DNA of 54,738 bases from IMG/VR virus record IMGVR_UViG_3300027719_000273, positions 1-54,738 of that record. One strand, given 5' to 3'. Within the stretch, counting starts at the first letter, position 1; every line of letters begins with the position of its first letter. The notes under the pieces are model-generated. The model did no database searches. It was not told where the DNA came from and was given only the letters and a program-made list of their open reading frames with translations. A program made the translations under genes and the position numbers. Positions 1-8,331 of this stretch are shown piece after piece. Source of the DNA: a virus. Taxonomy: Duplodnaviria > Caudoviricetes.

Positions 1-1290
1 TTATTCCTTCTTTTTCTTATCTTTAGCAGCGTGCATGGGTACTACATTGCTATTCACGGCTTCTTTTAATATGTCCCCCATGACACCAGCAGCTTCCTTC
101 TTCATTTTCTTTGTAACATGTCCATATTGTTCAGCTGTAAAGGTTGGGCTATAGTGTCCCAGCTGTTCCTGTACAGCGTTAAGGGAAACGCCGCCTTCCA
201 GCAGCATTGTAGCGTAAGTATGCCGGAGGTCATGGAAACGTACCTTTTCAAGCCCTGCCTGTTTTAAGCAGCCCTGGAAGTCTCTCACAAAGCTTCGCGG
301 ATTAACCAAATTACCTAACCCTGTGCAGAAGACAAGGCGTTCCTTTTCTTCACCTTCACACTGGTATGCTTCCCCGACTTCCAGCTTTTCAGCATTTTGC
401 TTCGCTCTGTGCGATTTTAGGACCTGTATAACTTCTTCCGTTATCTCTACAGATCTCTTTGACTTTTCGGTCTTTGGTTCCTGGATTGCCAGGCCGCCTT
501 TTACACGTACCAGGTGCCGTGCTACTCTAACAGTGCCCGCTTTAAAGTCTATGTCCTTCCACCGTAGGGCCAGTATTTCACCCCTTCTTAATCCGGTTGC
601 CAGATCAAGAAAATACGCTGCATAGTATCGGTATGTTTTAGCCTTGTCTAAAAATATACCTATGTCGTCGCGGCTTAACGTCTTCATTTCCTTCTTTGGA
701 TTGCGGGGCAGCTTGACTGCTTCTGCCGGATTAACAACCAGCTTATGTTCTGACACCGCCTGCTTAAGCGCTGTATTAATTATTCCGTGTATATACCTTA
801 CGGTTTTAGGAGATAAGCCGCCTTCCCTGGGCACCAGTTCGCCTTTTTCATTCTTCATTTTATCGGCCCTACCACCTTCCAGCTTTGCATTATATAGCCG
901 CTGTAGGTCTGCTGTCTGTAAGTCCTTAAGCTTTATTTTTCCTATAGTCGGTATGATGTGCTTATATACTTGGACTTCGTAGCTTTCGTAGGTAGTCTGG
1001 CGAAGGCTGTTTTTCATGGTTACAGTCAACCAGGTTTCGATCCATTCGCTAAAGGTAAGCTTGCCGGGATCTGCGTAAGTTTGTGTCTGCAGCTGATTTT
1101 GTACTTCTATCAATTTGTCCCTTACTTCTTCACGCTTCTTACCGTATACTGTTTTCCTGATCGGTGTACCCTTAAGTGGATCTATGCCAGTGCTTATTTG
1201 TGCGCACCAGGTCCCGTCTTTACGTTGGTATATTGTGCCCTCACCATTGCCGCGCTTGTTTTTCTTATCGGTCTTCTTCGGCCTTGCCAT
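1..1290 (-). CDS. int: Tyrosine recombinase/integrase
   Basis: N-terminal arm-binding motif RGNGEGTIYQRKDGTW; catalytic TGLRRGE, RFHDLRH, LGH..EQYGH. Confidence 0.97.
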   Translation of the reverse strand: MARPKKTDKKNKRGNGEGTIYQRKDGTWCAQISTGIDPLKGTPIRKTVYGKKREEVRDKLIEVQNQLQTQTYADPGKLTFSEWIETWLTVTMKNSLRQTTYESYEVQVYKHIIPTIGKIKLKDLQTADLQRLYNAKLEGGRADKMKNEKGELVPREGGLSPKTVRYIHGIINTALKQAVSEHKLVVNPAEAVKLPRNPKKEMKTLSRDDIGIFLDKAKTYRYYAAYFLDLATGLRRGEILALRWKDIDFKAGTVRVARHLVRVKGGLAIQEPKTEKSKRSVEITEEVIQVLKSHRAKQNAEKLEVGEAYQCEGEEKERLVFCTGLGNLVNPRSFVRDFQGCLKQAGLEKVRFHDLRHTYATMLLEGGVSLNAVQEQLGHYSPTFTAEQYGHVTKKMKKEAAGVMGDILKEAVNSNVVPMHAAKDKKKKE

Positions 1291-1544
1291 TACTTTACCC
1301 CCTGTTCTGCTTTCGCAAGCATAAGTTTTTCTTGGACTTCTCTTTTGGTATGTCCATACACATACTTACGGATATATTTACTTGTTTCCGGGTCTTTGCC
1401 TACGTATAAGGTCCCCATCCATCTACCATCTTTACGCTTTACTACGCTTCCGCTGCCCTTGATTTTATGTTCGATCCGATAATGCGGCTCCGGCTGGATA
1501 AGCTTCAACGGCTTATCTAATGCCTGCTGTTGTCCTCGATCCAT
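1290..1544 (-). CDS. Stand-alone integrase arm-type DNA-binding domain protein
   Basis: 20/48 ungapped identities to the N-terminus of the adjacent integrase; GGAGGG RBS before ATG 1544; TAATG overlap with int. Confidence 0.8.
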   Translation of the reverse strand: MDRGQQQALDKPLKLIQPEPHYRIEHKIKGSGSVVKRKDGRWMGTLYVGKDPETSKYIRKYVYGHTKREVQEKLMLAKAEQGVK

Positions 1545-1570
1545 GTTCGCACCCTCCAATACTTCAATTT

Positions 1571-1864
1571 TTAAAACCCCAGCAATGTATCCAGTGCCGT
1601 ATTTATGTCCTGCGGCATTTCTTTTTTATCAACGGGTACCAGATCCGGCTTTACAGATTTCAAAGGTACAGAACGTGCTGGACGTTCTGTAGACTGCTGC
1701 CTTTTCCTTAGTACCCTGCCTTGACCTTCCAGCTCAAAATAAAGCCGTAAGGCTGCTCGTACTATGTCGCTTTCATCCTGTGTCCGGGTAGCTTCGTTTA
1801 ATGCAGCCTGTATATCGTCGTCCTTGCCGGGGCGCAGGCGTGCCCGTGCTACGCCGTCCGCCAT
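1571..1864 (-). CDS. Ribbon-helix-helix protein, putative ParR-like adaptor
   Basis: ARARLRPGKDDDI...ESDIVRAALRLY fits the RHH pattern; overlaps the end of the parM-like gene. Confidence 0.7.
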   Translation of the reverse strand: MADGVARARLRPGKDDDIQAALNEATRTQDESDIVRAALRLYFELEGQGRVLRKRQQSTERPARSVPLKSVKPDLVPVDKKEMPQDINTALDTLLGF

Positions 1865-2856
1865 TTCCTGCGCCCTATCTTTCCATAGCCCTTAAGGTTT
1901 CCCAGCTGGTCCATGATGTGCGTATTTTCCGGTAGCTTAAGCCTGCGCGCCATTTCATCAGCCCAGCCACCCGTTACTATGCAGCCATGAAAGCGGCGGT
2001 TAATACTGTCAATTTCGTTCTGCGCCTGAGCTGCTATTGAATTAAACGCCCATTCCTTAAGAGGTGCCAGGTCGTACCCGTCATAAGGCAGGCCCTTAAG
2101 TATATAGTGGTCCAGGGTATATATGTCCGGTGCCTGCCCCAGCTGCCCGGTCAGTTCGTCACGGATCAGGCGGTAAGCTTCACCTATACCCAAGTTCGGC
2201 GGGCTGCCGCTACCTGGCTTGATTTCCAACCCTTCAAGTACCAGTATGTCGAAGGTGTGAAAGCCGAAGTCAAGGACCAGCCAAAGCTTACGGGCGTCCG
2301 CTGCGTCGATAAGGTCGCCCTGGTCGTTCGCGTGAAGGTTCATAAAAGCGCCCAGCGGCTGCGGGACTATGTGAAAGTCTGCTATCCATGGGCGTACAGC
2401 CTTCGGCCAGTTCCTAGTCCCTTCTATTGCGCCGTATATGGGTTCAGTATTGAAGTTTTCAAGCATAGCCTGAAAGTCGGCCCGCTGTTTAAAGTAGAAG
2501 TCTACCGGAAGCCCTGTTACCAGGTTTACGTTATTATTCCCAGCTGTAAGCGCCAGGCCTGTTTCCAAAAGTACGCGGGTTATCCAGGCTTTCGCCCTGT
2601 CCTGCCCGGTGCTGGTGTATTTTACGCGGCTGTGTCGTATAGCCAGGTTTCCTATGAAGTACTTTACTTTTGACAAGTCCCCGTCCGGTACGAAATACCT
2701 TACATCGTCACGGTGTATGTCTTCGTCCCTTATCTGCCTGGGTTCGCCTACGACCGCAGGCTGCCGCCAGGTCTTACCGCATGCGCTTATTTTCGGCCAG
2801 CCATAGCCCAGGTCGGCTGCACCTATTACTGGCGTGTTCAAAGTCTTGTTTATCAC
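1849..2856 (-). CDS. parM: ParM/StbA family actin-like ATPase
   Basis: DLGYG (phosphate 1), LVTGLP, PQPLGA, LDFGFHTFD (phosphate 2), VTGGWA (adenosine) motifs. Confidence 0.92.
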   Translation of the reverse strand: MINKTLNTPVIGAADLGYGWPKISACGKTWRQPAVVGEPRQIRDEDIHRDDVRYFVPDGDLSKVKYFIGNLAIRHSRVKYTSTGQDRAKAWITRVLLETGLALTAGNNNVNLVTGLPVDFYFKQRADFQAMLENFNTEPIYGAIEGTRNWPKAVRPWIADFHIVPQPLGAFMNLHANDQGDLIDAADARKLWLVLDFGFHTFDILVLEGLEIKPGSGSPPNLGIGEAYRLIRDELTGQLGQAPDIYTLDHYILKGLPYDGYDLAPLKEWAFNSIAAQAQNEIDSINRRFHGCIVTGGWADEMARRLKLPENTHIMDQLGNLKGYGKIGRRKWRTA

Positions 2857-2878
2857 GGTTATTTACCCCTTTCGTTTT

Positions 2879-2898
2879 TGTGCCACAATGTGCTACAT
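2879..2898. repeat. Two tandem 10-bp repeats upstream of parM, possible RHH binding site
   Basis: TGTGCCACAA then TGTGCTACAT, each TGT-N3-ACA. Confidence 0.4.
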
Positions 2899-2899
2899 T

Positions 2900-3304
2900 T
2901 TATAAGTCTTTTAAACTTTTGGGTTTTTTCATACTAAAATCAAAATATGGGCAGTGTCTGGCTGCATCGTTTTGTTCTTCCAGTGTCATAAAGTTACCCG
3001 GGTCCAGTGTGTCCTTATAACAATAGCACCGTATATCGTAAAGTATGCCAAAGATATTACCATATCCCGACCAAGTGTATTTTGCTGCATAATCCTTTAC
3101 TTTGTGGTAATCTACGAACAGATCCAGGATTTTTACATACACATCACCAATATGGGCACTTATATGTTTCGCTATAGGGAGGTACCTTATATATTCCTGG
3201 TTTATACGCACCTGACCGTTATCCCCTACCATATGGCAGTAATTCGCCATAAGTACTTGGAAAGCCCTTATGTATTCGTCCCGGTTAAGCTTGTTAAGCT
3301 TCAT
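2900..3304 (-). CDS. Hypothetical protein
   Basis: 134-aa ORF with GGGGG RBS, within operon. Confidence 0.7.
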   Translation of the reverse strand: MKLNKLNRDEYIRAFQVLMANYCHMVGDNGQVRINQEYIRYLPIAKHISAHIGDVYVKILDLFVDYHKVKDYAAKYTWSGYGNIFGILYDIRCYCYKDTLDPGNFMTLEEQNDAARHCPYFDFSMKKPKSLKDL

Positions 3305-3305
3305 A

Positions 3306-3521
3306 CTAAACCCCCTTCCTTTCGTCCAGCCACTTATCCCTGGCGATTCGGCAAGCTTCCAGCGTTGGCTTTACGCAGCTGAAAAGTTCGCCGTCATCTG
3401 CTCTGAATTCGTACTGGACATACTTCTTACGGTTTATGCGGCTTGTGAAGCCTTTATATTTCTCCTGACCTATCTTACAAGTGCTTACAGCGTCTAAATT
3501 GTAACCTTCTAATGGTTCCAT
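3306..3521 (-). CDS. Small phage protein, DUF3873-like
   Basis: YVQYEFRADDGELFSCVKPTLEACRIARDKWL resembles this family from memory. Confidence 0.6.
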   Translation of the reverse strand: MEPLEGYNLDAVSTCKIGQEKYKGFTSRINRKKYVQYEFRADDGELFSCVKPTLEACRIARDKWLDERKGV

Positions 3522-3611
3522 ACTTTACACTTCCTTTCGTGTGGCTTTATAGCCTTAAACGAAGCCCGGAAGGTTCCGGGCCTGCGGTCCTGCCCCGCAT
3601 TGACTTAGCGG

Positions 3612-3767
3612 CTATTCGTTAAGATTATACAGCTTAAGGTCCTCTATGGCTGCTTTCAGTCGTTCTTCGGTACCTATAAGCCTAGGGTATGTGGTAGCTG
3701 GTAGATTACTCTTTACTACGTTGTGTATTAGTTCCAGGGCTGTTTCCAGCTGCTTAACTCTATTCAT
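3612..3767 (-). CDS. Small hypothetical protein (51 aa, absent from ORF track)
   Basis: MNRVKQLETALELIHN...; ATGA overlap with upstream stop; GGAGG RBS. Confidence 0.65.
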   Translation of the reverse strand: MNRVKQLETALELIHNVVKSNLPATTYPRLIGTEERLKAAIEDLKLYNLNE

Positions 3768-4162
3768 GCTTTTTGTCCTCCTGGTTGTCTGTTTACATCT
3801 ATAACCTTATCAATTACAGCATTGCCGTCTACCAGCTTTATGATCGCTTGCTTACCCCGCTTTCTAAGTCCGTCCATTTCGTGAAGCATATCCCAGTTTT
3901 TCGCGCCCTTGTATTCGATCGGGTAGCTGTGAAATTGCTCTATATAGTTTACTATCCTGTCTTCCGGACTAAATATGTCCTTTGCAAAGTATCTGCCTAT
4001 GTACTTATGATCCGGTGCGTATTCCTTCTTAAGTGCTATACCTGTCGATACGTGGTATTCGCCATACTCAAATATTACGTTAACTTCGTCGAATGCCTTC
4101 AAAGTGTTTATAGCCTTGTCCTGCACGTCCTGGGGTAATTCCTTAAAGTTTGTGTTTGTCAT
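3764..4162 (-). CDS. Hypothetical protein
   Basis: 132-aa ORF with RBS. Confidence 0.7.
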   Translation of the reverse strand: MTNTNFKELPQDVQDKAINTLKAFDEVNVIFEYGEYHVSTGIALKKEYAPDHKYIGRYFAKDIFSPEDRIVNYIEQFHSYPIEYKGAKNWDMLHEMDGLRKRGKQAIIKLVDGNAVIDKVIDVNRQPGGQKA

Positions 4163-4196
4163 TCTAACATTACCTGCCTTTCTTTCCGGCCAGGGC

Positions 4197-4700
4197 TTAA
4201 GCCCCAGCCTGTTCCTTTGTCATATAATCGAATAACCGCGCTTTAAGATCCTTCATGGTATCGCGGTCTACCATTGCCCGACCTTCCAGCTGGTGTTTTG
4301 CTACCGTTAATTCCTTTATGTCGTCGTAGGCTGCGTCCAGCTTCTTTTCGTTCCCCGTGTAGCTTTCTTGCCATTCCTGGGCTGCCCGTTTGAAGTTATC
4401 GCGCTGCCTGTTGGCTTCTGCTAGTTGATCTTCCAGCTGTTTTACCTTGATAATGTACGGGTCTACGGCGGCTTCTACATCCCTTTTAAGCTGGGATATT
4501 TCGCGGTAGTTGTGGTCGATAGTGTCCTGCGGGTCTATCCCGAAGTCGTCCTGTATTTGCTGTTCTGCATAAGCCGGGAAACGTGCCAGCATACGCTTAA
4601 GGTAGCTGTCCTGCGGTAGCACCTGGTAAAAATCATATATAAGTGCTATTTCCTGGTCTTTTCCCATGTTTTCAGGTATTGTAAGTCTTTTATCTGCCAT
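4197..4700 (-). CDS. Coiled-coil hypothetical protein, first gene of left operon
   Basis: GGGGG RBS before ATG 4700; heptad-like C-terminal half. Confidence 0.7.
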   Translation of the reverse strand: MADKRLTIPENMGKDQEIALIYDFYQVLPQDSYLKRMLARFPAYAEQQIQDDFGIDPQDTIDHNYREISQLKRDVEAAVDPYIIKVKQLEDQLAEANRQRDNFKRAAQEWQESYTGNEKKLDAAYDDIKELTVAKHQLEGRAMVDRDTMKDLKARLFDYMTKEQAGA

Positions 4701-4728
4701 TTGTACGACCCCCTGATTTTTATAAATT

Positions 4729-4827
4729 TGTCTGTATGACAACATTATAATCCTTGATTTGTCTATAAGACAAAGTTAAAATACTGTCATATAGACAAGA
4801 GGTCGTTTACTATCTGTCTTTGCGACA
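4729..4827 (-). promoter_or_regulatory. Sigma-A-like promoter overlapped by four TGTC-N5-GACA palindromes
   Basis: Palindromes start at 4729, 4760, 4785, 4815; minus-strand TTGTCT-18-TATAAT at 4773-4744. Confidence 0.75.
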
Positions 4828-4921
4828 GATTTTCTTTTGTTTTCTTCGTTTTTCACGGCGCTATATTTAATAGAAGAAACAGGGTAAAAAAAAAATATAT
4901 AAGGCAGGCAAAATTAAAAGA

Positions 4922-5060
4922 GGGTTATTAAACTTTCACACCCCCAGCGGTGTAGAAGTTTAATAACCCCTTAAGAAAAAACAATATACTATATATTATA
5001 TAAATAATAATATATTTATTTTATTATTATTTATTATTATAGTAGTATTATTTATACTAC
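4922..5060. repeat. 14-bp perfect inverted repeat plus AT-rich tract, origin-like
   Basis: GGGTTATTAAACTT (4922-4935) pairs with AAGTTTAATAACCC (4956-4969); an almost pure A/T tract follows. Confidence 0.55.
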
Positions 5061-5428
5061 TATAATAAGACTGTAAGTTCTTCGTAGGTATCCCGCAATT
5101 CGTTTATCTGATCCGTGGGTATTTCCCCGTCCAGCCGATCCAGTATTTCGTCAAGCCTTCGCCTGTATTCCAGGGCCATATTCTTACGCCGCAGCCATTC
5201 CAACCATTCTATGTAGTGGGTACATTCCTTAGATTCTGTGAAAGATTTTGCGTTATCCCGTGATTCCTCAAAGCTGACAATTAGCCAGTAAAAAGATTCG
5301 TCCGGGTATTCTATTTTATGCCTTAGAATGTTTGTTTCCATGGCTGCTATAAGGGATATTTTGTCTTCGTGCAATAAATTACCTGTTTCAGCCCAGATTT
5401 TGGTACCGACTTTGTAACTCATATTCAT
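5060..5428 (-). CDS. Hypothetical protein
   Basis: 122-aa ORF with GGGGG RBS. Confidence 0.7.
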   Translation of the reverse strand: MNMSYKVGTKIWAETGNLLHEDKISLIAAMETNILRHKIEYPDESFYWLIVSFEESRDNAKSFTESKECTHYIEWLEWLRRKNMALEYRRRLDEILDRLDGEIPTDQINELRDTYEELTVLL

Positions 5429-5439
5429 TTATTTACCCC

Positions 5440-5595
5440 CTATCCACATTTAAATAATTTCCCGGCGTCTATCCCCAGGGCTTTTGCAAGCTTGCATATA
5501 CTTCGAAGCATTGAAATTCTAAACCCATGTTTTATATAACTTTATATACGCCTTCTTTACTCTTGATCTCTTTAAGCCTACAAATTTATTTTCAA
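5440..5595 (-). pseudogene. Degenerate Cro/XRE HTH gene
   Basis: Fragments MKIN, CRLKEIKSKEG and ICKLAKALGIDAGKLFKCG* lie in different frames with stops; divergent from the repressor. Confidence 0.55.
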
Positions 5596-5770
5596 ACACT
5601 TTCCTTTATTGTAACACTGTTTCCGTTCATTAGGGTGAAATATCCAGGTTATTATTTGTATATACGGAAATTATATTATGTTTGTCATTCCATATATACA
5701 CAAATTATGACATTTTATAGCAATTACACCTAAATATCTATTACAATATATGTATACGAGGGGTGATACT

Positions 5771-6124
5771 ATGAATCCGGGGGAAAATATGCGTAGGATT
5801 AGAGAAACTTTTAAATTGTCAAGGGCAGAAGTAAGCGCAATGACTGGAGTGAACGATCAGTATATAGGGGATATAGAACGTGACGAAAGCAGCCCTACGT
5901 TAGAGGTGCTTCAAAAGCTAGCTTCTGCTTATAATATAACTATCTCGGAATTAGTAGGTGAGGTATCATTATATAATGAGAAGCTTAACGGTCTTATTAA
6001 GAAATTGAAATATACAAATAAGAATGATGTGTATAGGTTACTCAAAACCTTTGAAAAGCTGTCTAAAAAGGAAATAGACTTGCTTATAGACTTAATAAAT
6101 GAAATGAAGAAAAGCCCAGTTTAA
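5771..6124 (+). CDS. XRE family HTH repressor (CI-like)
   Basis: MRRIRETFKLSRAEVSAMTGVNDQYIGDIERDESSPTLEVLQKLA; only convincing plus-strand gene. Confidence 0.9.
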   Translation: MNPGENMRRIRETFKLSRAEVSAMTGVNDQYIGDIERDESSPTLEVLQKLASAYNITISELVGEVSLYNEKLNGLIKKLKYTNKNDVYRLLKTFEKLSKKEIDLLIDLINEMKKSPV

Positions 6125-6143
6125 CTAGGCTTTTTGTTTTTTA
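6109..6143. terminator. Bidirectional intrinsic terminator
   Basis: AAAAGCCCAGTT-T-AACTAGGCTTTTT between convergent genes. Confidence 0.7.
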
Positions 6144-6151
6144 TTCACACC

Positions 6152-6529
6152 TTATAATAAGCCAGTAAGTGCTTCGTATTGCTTGCCATTACAGCGTATG
6201 TATATACTGCTCTGTATACCGTTATCCAGGATCGTTATAACAGCTGTAGAAGTATCTTTACGCTTTCCACCTATGGCTGCACCAGCTACCAGGCCAATAC
6301 CGCCAGTAAGTACGCCGCCGATAATAGCCCCAGCTGCCGCTTTTCCAGCGCTTCTTTTTGCGCTCTCCTGCCAGCCAATCCCTGCTACCTCATATTCCAC
6401 TGTTTTACCCAGAAGTCCTGAATTTATAAATTTCAAAACATGCAGGTCTTTGCCTTTTGCAATTGTAATGCTTTTGCCTTTTATATCCTTATACCCTGCC
6501 ACCAGTTCCAGCGTAATACTCAACAACAT
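6152..6529 (-). CDS. Glycine-zipper membrane protein (moron)
   Basis: AAAGAIIGGVLTGGIGLVAGAAIGG; own promoter TTTACT-17-TATAAT at 6585-6557. Confidence 0.65.
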   Translation of the reverse strand: MLLSITLELVAGYKDIKGKSITIAKGKDLHVLKFINSGLLGKTVEYEVAGIGWQESAKRSAGKAAAGAIIGGVLTGGIGLVAGAAIGGKRKDTSTAVITILDNGIQSSIYIRCNGKQYEALTGLL

Positions 6530-6591
6530 AACCCCCTTTATTACCTGTTTTTATCCATTATATTACATACTTGTCTGTTAGTAAATAAAAG

Positions 6592-6632
6592 AAAAAAGCC
6601 CCTGCGGTCCTTTCCAGGATTCCGTAGGGGCT
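6592..6632 (-). terminator. Intrinsic terminator after lysis genes
   Basis: AGCCCCTACGG...CCGCAGGGGCT stem followed by a T run on the minus strand. Confidence 0.7.
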
Positions 6633-6641
6633 GGGGTAAAA

Positions 6642-7025
6642 CTACCTTATGGAGTTTTTGGTTTTGGTTTCCAGCTGTATTACTTCTTCTGCATATGTAA
6701 GTAGGTTCGCTTCTGCCTTCGCCAGCTGGTCGTCTAACCATTTGACGGCATCCTTTATCAGTTGGTCGATTTCTTCCGGTGTCCATAGCGTCCGGATCAG
6801 CCAGGGCAGGCTGGCGTATACAGCATTCCACTTAATAGGCCCGGTCTTGCTGCCGTAGGCCTGTTCTGCCTTTGCTACCAGGTTCCGAATTATCCTTATG
6901 ACGGCTTTTCTGCGGCCGATTTTCCACAGCCAGGCAAGGACGGCCAGGAATATTAGGACCAGCAGGACGTCCAGCCAGTGGAGTTTAAGGAACGTTAATA
7001 ATATTGTTACAAGTGTCATAATCAT
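6642..7025 (-). CDS. Putative holin
   Basis: N-terminal hydrophobic segment then basic patch; directly after the endolysin. Confidence 0.7.
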   Translation of the reverse strand: MIMTLVTILLTFLKLHWLDVLLVLIFLAVLAWLWKIGRRKAVIRIIRNLVAKAEQAYGSKTGPIKWNAVYASLPWLIRTLWTPEEIDQLIKDAVKWLDDQLAKAEANLLTYAEEVIQLETKTKNSIR

Positions 7026-7026
7026 T

Positions 7027-7845
7027 TTACCCCCTTCTTAAGCCTTTGGCATTTGTAAAGGCTTTTGTTAAATTAGTAAGACTTACAGGTATTTCCCCGT
7101 TAAGGACTTTAAGCCAGTAAACCCGGTCGGTTATTAACCTGGCAGCCAGGGCAGCGTCTACAGCCCTTTCCTGATTCGTTGGTTCCACTTCCGGCTTGAC
7201 TTCGTAAACCAGGCCGTAAAACTCACAAACGCCCATAAGTATCTGGGTTGCAGTTTCTAGCTGGAAAGCAGCCGATGTCATAAGTACGGCTTCCCTAGGG
7301 TCGTCCATAAAACCCGCTTCAATAAGTACCGCGGGCATATTAGTTTCGCGTAGTACATGCAAGTCGCCCATTTTTACCCCGCGGTTTTTCTGTACAGTCC
7401 CGCGTAGTATGTGTTTATGTATTAATCTGGCTAACAGTTCACTTTCACCGCCAAACTTGAAACAGAAGGTTTCTACACCTTCGGCGCTGTTGCCTTCGAA
7501 AGTGTTTAGTATTGCGTTATAATGTTCGCTGATAAATAAGCTTATGGGCTTGCCGCCGATAAGTGCGCTTCCCAGCTGTTTTTTATAGGCAGCGTGGGCC
7601 GCGTTCGCCTTGTCTGTCCTGGTCTGTAGTGGTACGTTATTGTCGCCTGGTGCGACTTGTAACGTCTTAAAGCCCAGGCGCAGGGCGTCAGCTTCCAGTA
7701 GGTCAATAACTGCTCTATTGAATTCGTTTTCGTGGGTGAAGTGCCCGTCCGCGAATTTTGGAGTACGTTTACCTGGTGTTTCCATACCATGGCCGTCGTC
7801 GAGTATAAGCAGCGGTATAAATCCCAGTTTTGCTTTAATATCCAA
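7027..7845 (-). CDS. Endolysin, N-acetylmuramoyl-L-alanine amidase (Amidase_3)
   Basis: LDDGHG, E, FISEHYNA, LHVLRETNMPAVLIEAGFM motifs. Confidence 0.95.
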   Translation of the reverse strand: MDIKAKLGFIPLLILDDGHGMETPGKRTPKFADGHFTHENEFNRAVIDLLEADALRLGFKTLQVAPGDNNVPLQTRTDKANAAHAAYKKQLGSALIGGKPISLFISEHYNAILNTFEGNSAEGVETFCFKFGGESELLARLIHKHILRGTVQKNRGVKMGDLHVLRETNMPAVLIEAGFMDDPREAVLMTSAAFQLETATQILMGVCEFYGLVYEVKPEVEPTNQERAVDAALAARLITDRVYWLKVLNGEIPVSLTNLTKAFTNAKGLRRG

Positions 7846-7846
7846 T

Positions 7847-8284
7847 TTATGGCCCTCCTTTACTTGCCAGGTAGCCGACTACAGCGGCCGCCAGCAGTTT
7901 AACAATTTCCTTTATAGTATTAAGCAGTTTTTCCCATTTCTGCGTTGTTACTTTTGCATTTGTAGCCGCCAGGGCTTCCGCCTTCTTTGCTTCGGTTACA
8001 GTTTCCGTTTCTTCCTTTCTGGTAAGGTTAGTTACCAGGTCCCCCATGAAGGCAAAAAGCCGTTCTTCCAGCCTGTTAAGTTGATCCTTTATTTCACAGA
8101 CATAAACCTTTGTACCGCCCTGGAATTCCATTATGTCTGCCAGATCTTGAGCGTGTTCTTTTACCTGGTAATTTATTTCGTCTACTTGCTTTTTCAATTC
8201 TATCATCTCTACTTTAAGCTTTTTTACGTCGTCACATTGTCCCTCTGGTCCGTGCGCCCCCTTGTTATCGTTATCCCCTGTCAT
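7847..8284 (-). CDS. Coiled-coil protein with C-terminal hydrophobic helix (XhlA-like lysis accessory)
   Basis: Position before the endolysin; IVKLLAAAVVGYLA tail. Confidence 0.55.
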   Translation of the reverse strand: MTGDNDNKGAHGPEGQCDDVKKLKVEMIELKKQVDEINYQVKEHAQDLADIMEFQGGTKVYVCEIKDQLNRLEERLFAFMGDLVTNLTRKEETETVTEAKKAEALAATNAKVTTQKWEKLLNTIKEIVKLLAAAVVGYLASKGGP

Positions 8285-8331
8285 TATGTTTACCCCCGTA
8301 TTCTATTTTCTTGATACTTTTCGTCTAACGT

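Noticed and set aside
3545-3615. Twister or hammerhead ribozyme
   Set aside because: Only superficial resemblance on the non-transcribed strand; conserved core nucleotides are missing
4729-4827. Palindrome half-sites as Spo0A boxes
   Set aside because: Most deviate from TGNCGAA; the dyad symmetry fits a dimeric repressor better
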